NCBI GenBank assembly: GCA_965644295.1
Contig: CBFFRP010000386.1
Span: 1-64,000 of the forward strand
Direction: 5' to 3'
Length of the DNA stretch: 64,000 nt
DNA from: Paraphysomonas bandaiensis
Taxonomy: Eukaryota; Protista; Chrysophyceae
Shown here: one piece after another, positions 63,450 through 64,000 of the stretch
Layout of the letters: every line of letters begins with the position of its first letter
How positions within the stretch are numbered: the stretch's first letter is position 1
Notes under the pieces: model-generated
What the model was told of the DNA's origin: nothing
What the model saw: only the letters and a program-made list of their open reading frames with translations
The model's database searches: none
Translations under genes and position numbers: made by a program

Positions 63450-64000
63450 ATTTTGGATAAAGTATGAAAATGTTGGGTAAATGTGAGTAATATTGCTGCA
63501 GAATAGGAGTAATAATACAGTGATTATAGAGTAAATAAGTAAAATCTATATAAAGCCAAGGTCAAGATTTTGAACGACACTTCCTTTCTAACTAATATCC
63601 TACTTTTTGGGTATTTCACCTTTTGCAATTGCACTCAATATAAATATCATAGAATACGCAGCACTCTCACACAACCATCATTGCTCGAATACTTTTCTTT
63701 AAGAACACCTTCCTCATTGTCGACACGAACAATACTTGTGGAATCTCCAGCAACCTATGAGTTCATACCCGAGAAATCAAAGAATTCCGCCAGAACATAT
63801 AATACTTTTCACTTCCTGCGAACATATACTATATATTCTAGTATTATTCCGGTCCATAAATTGTCCAAATCAATTATACTGCCAGCAGCCCCCTGCTCTT
63901 ACCATTGATTAAAAACCATTCATATTGTGAATGATAGATACTACCTGGAATCTGTCAGATAGAGGGTAATATGTAGTGATACTTCCTCGGTAACCTACTA

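Overview
Gene-dense eukaryotic genomic DNA with short GT-AG introns (about 45-130 bp). The gene set suggests a stramenopile/ochrophyte-like protist; this is inference. Host genes: long-chain acyl-CoA synthetase, DNA polymerase eta, RPL10A, a two-repeat voltage-gated/CNBD K+ channel, FAM98, PDI, a saposin-metallophosphoesterase, a Bet1-like SNARE, an unknown gene, fmt, a PAM2/TRAF-ZnF non-canonical poly(A) polymerase, a signal-peptide TPR-GT41 protein, a 4TM-PH protein, a bZIP-PAS factor, NudC and a mono-ART-type PARP. Intergenic DNA is rich in mobile-element debris: a chromovirus remnant, hAT remnants, and a non-LTR retrotransposon family (RT-RNase H-CCHC) including one TSD-flanked copy with an uninterrupted 1271-codon ORF. 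The most notable observation is a non-autonomous SINE-like family that shares the LINE's 3' stem-loop and tail. It starts with a ~87-nt head laid out like the trypanosomatid L1Tc/ingi Pr77 HDV-like ribozyme (best copy 54371-54457, inside a 15-bp-TSD insertion that also seems to carry a decayed tyrosine-recombinase fragment). An empty paralog of the LINE target site is present at about 47880-48215. All calls were made by eye; no searches were run.
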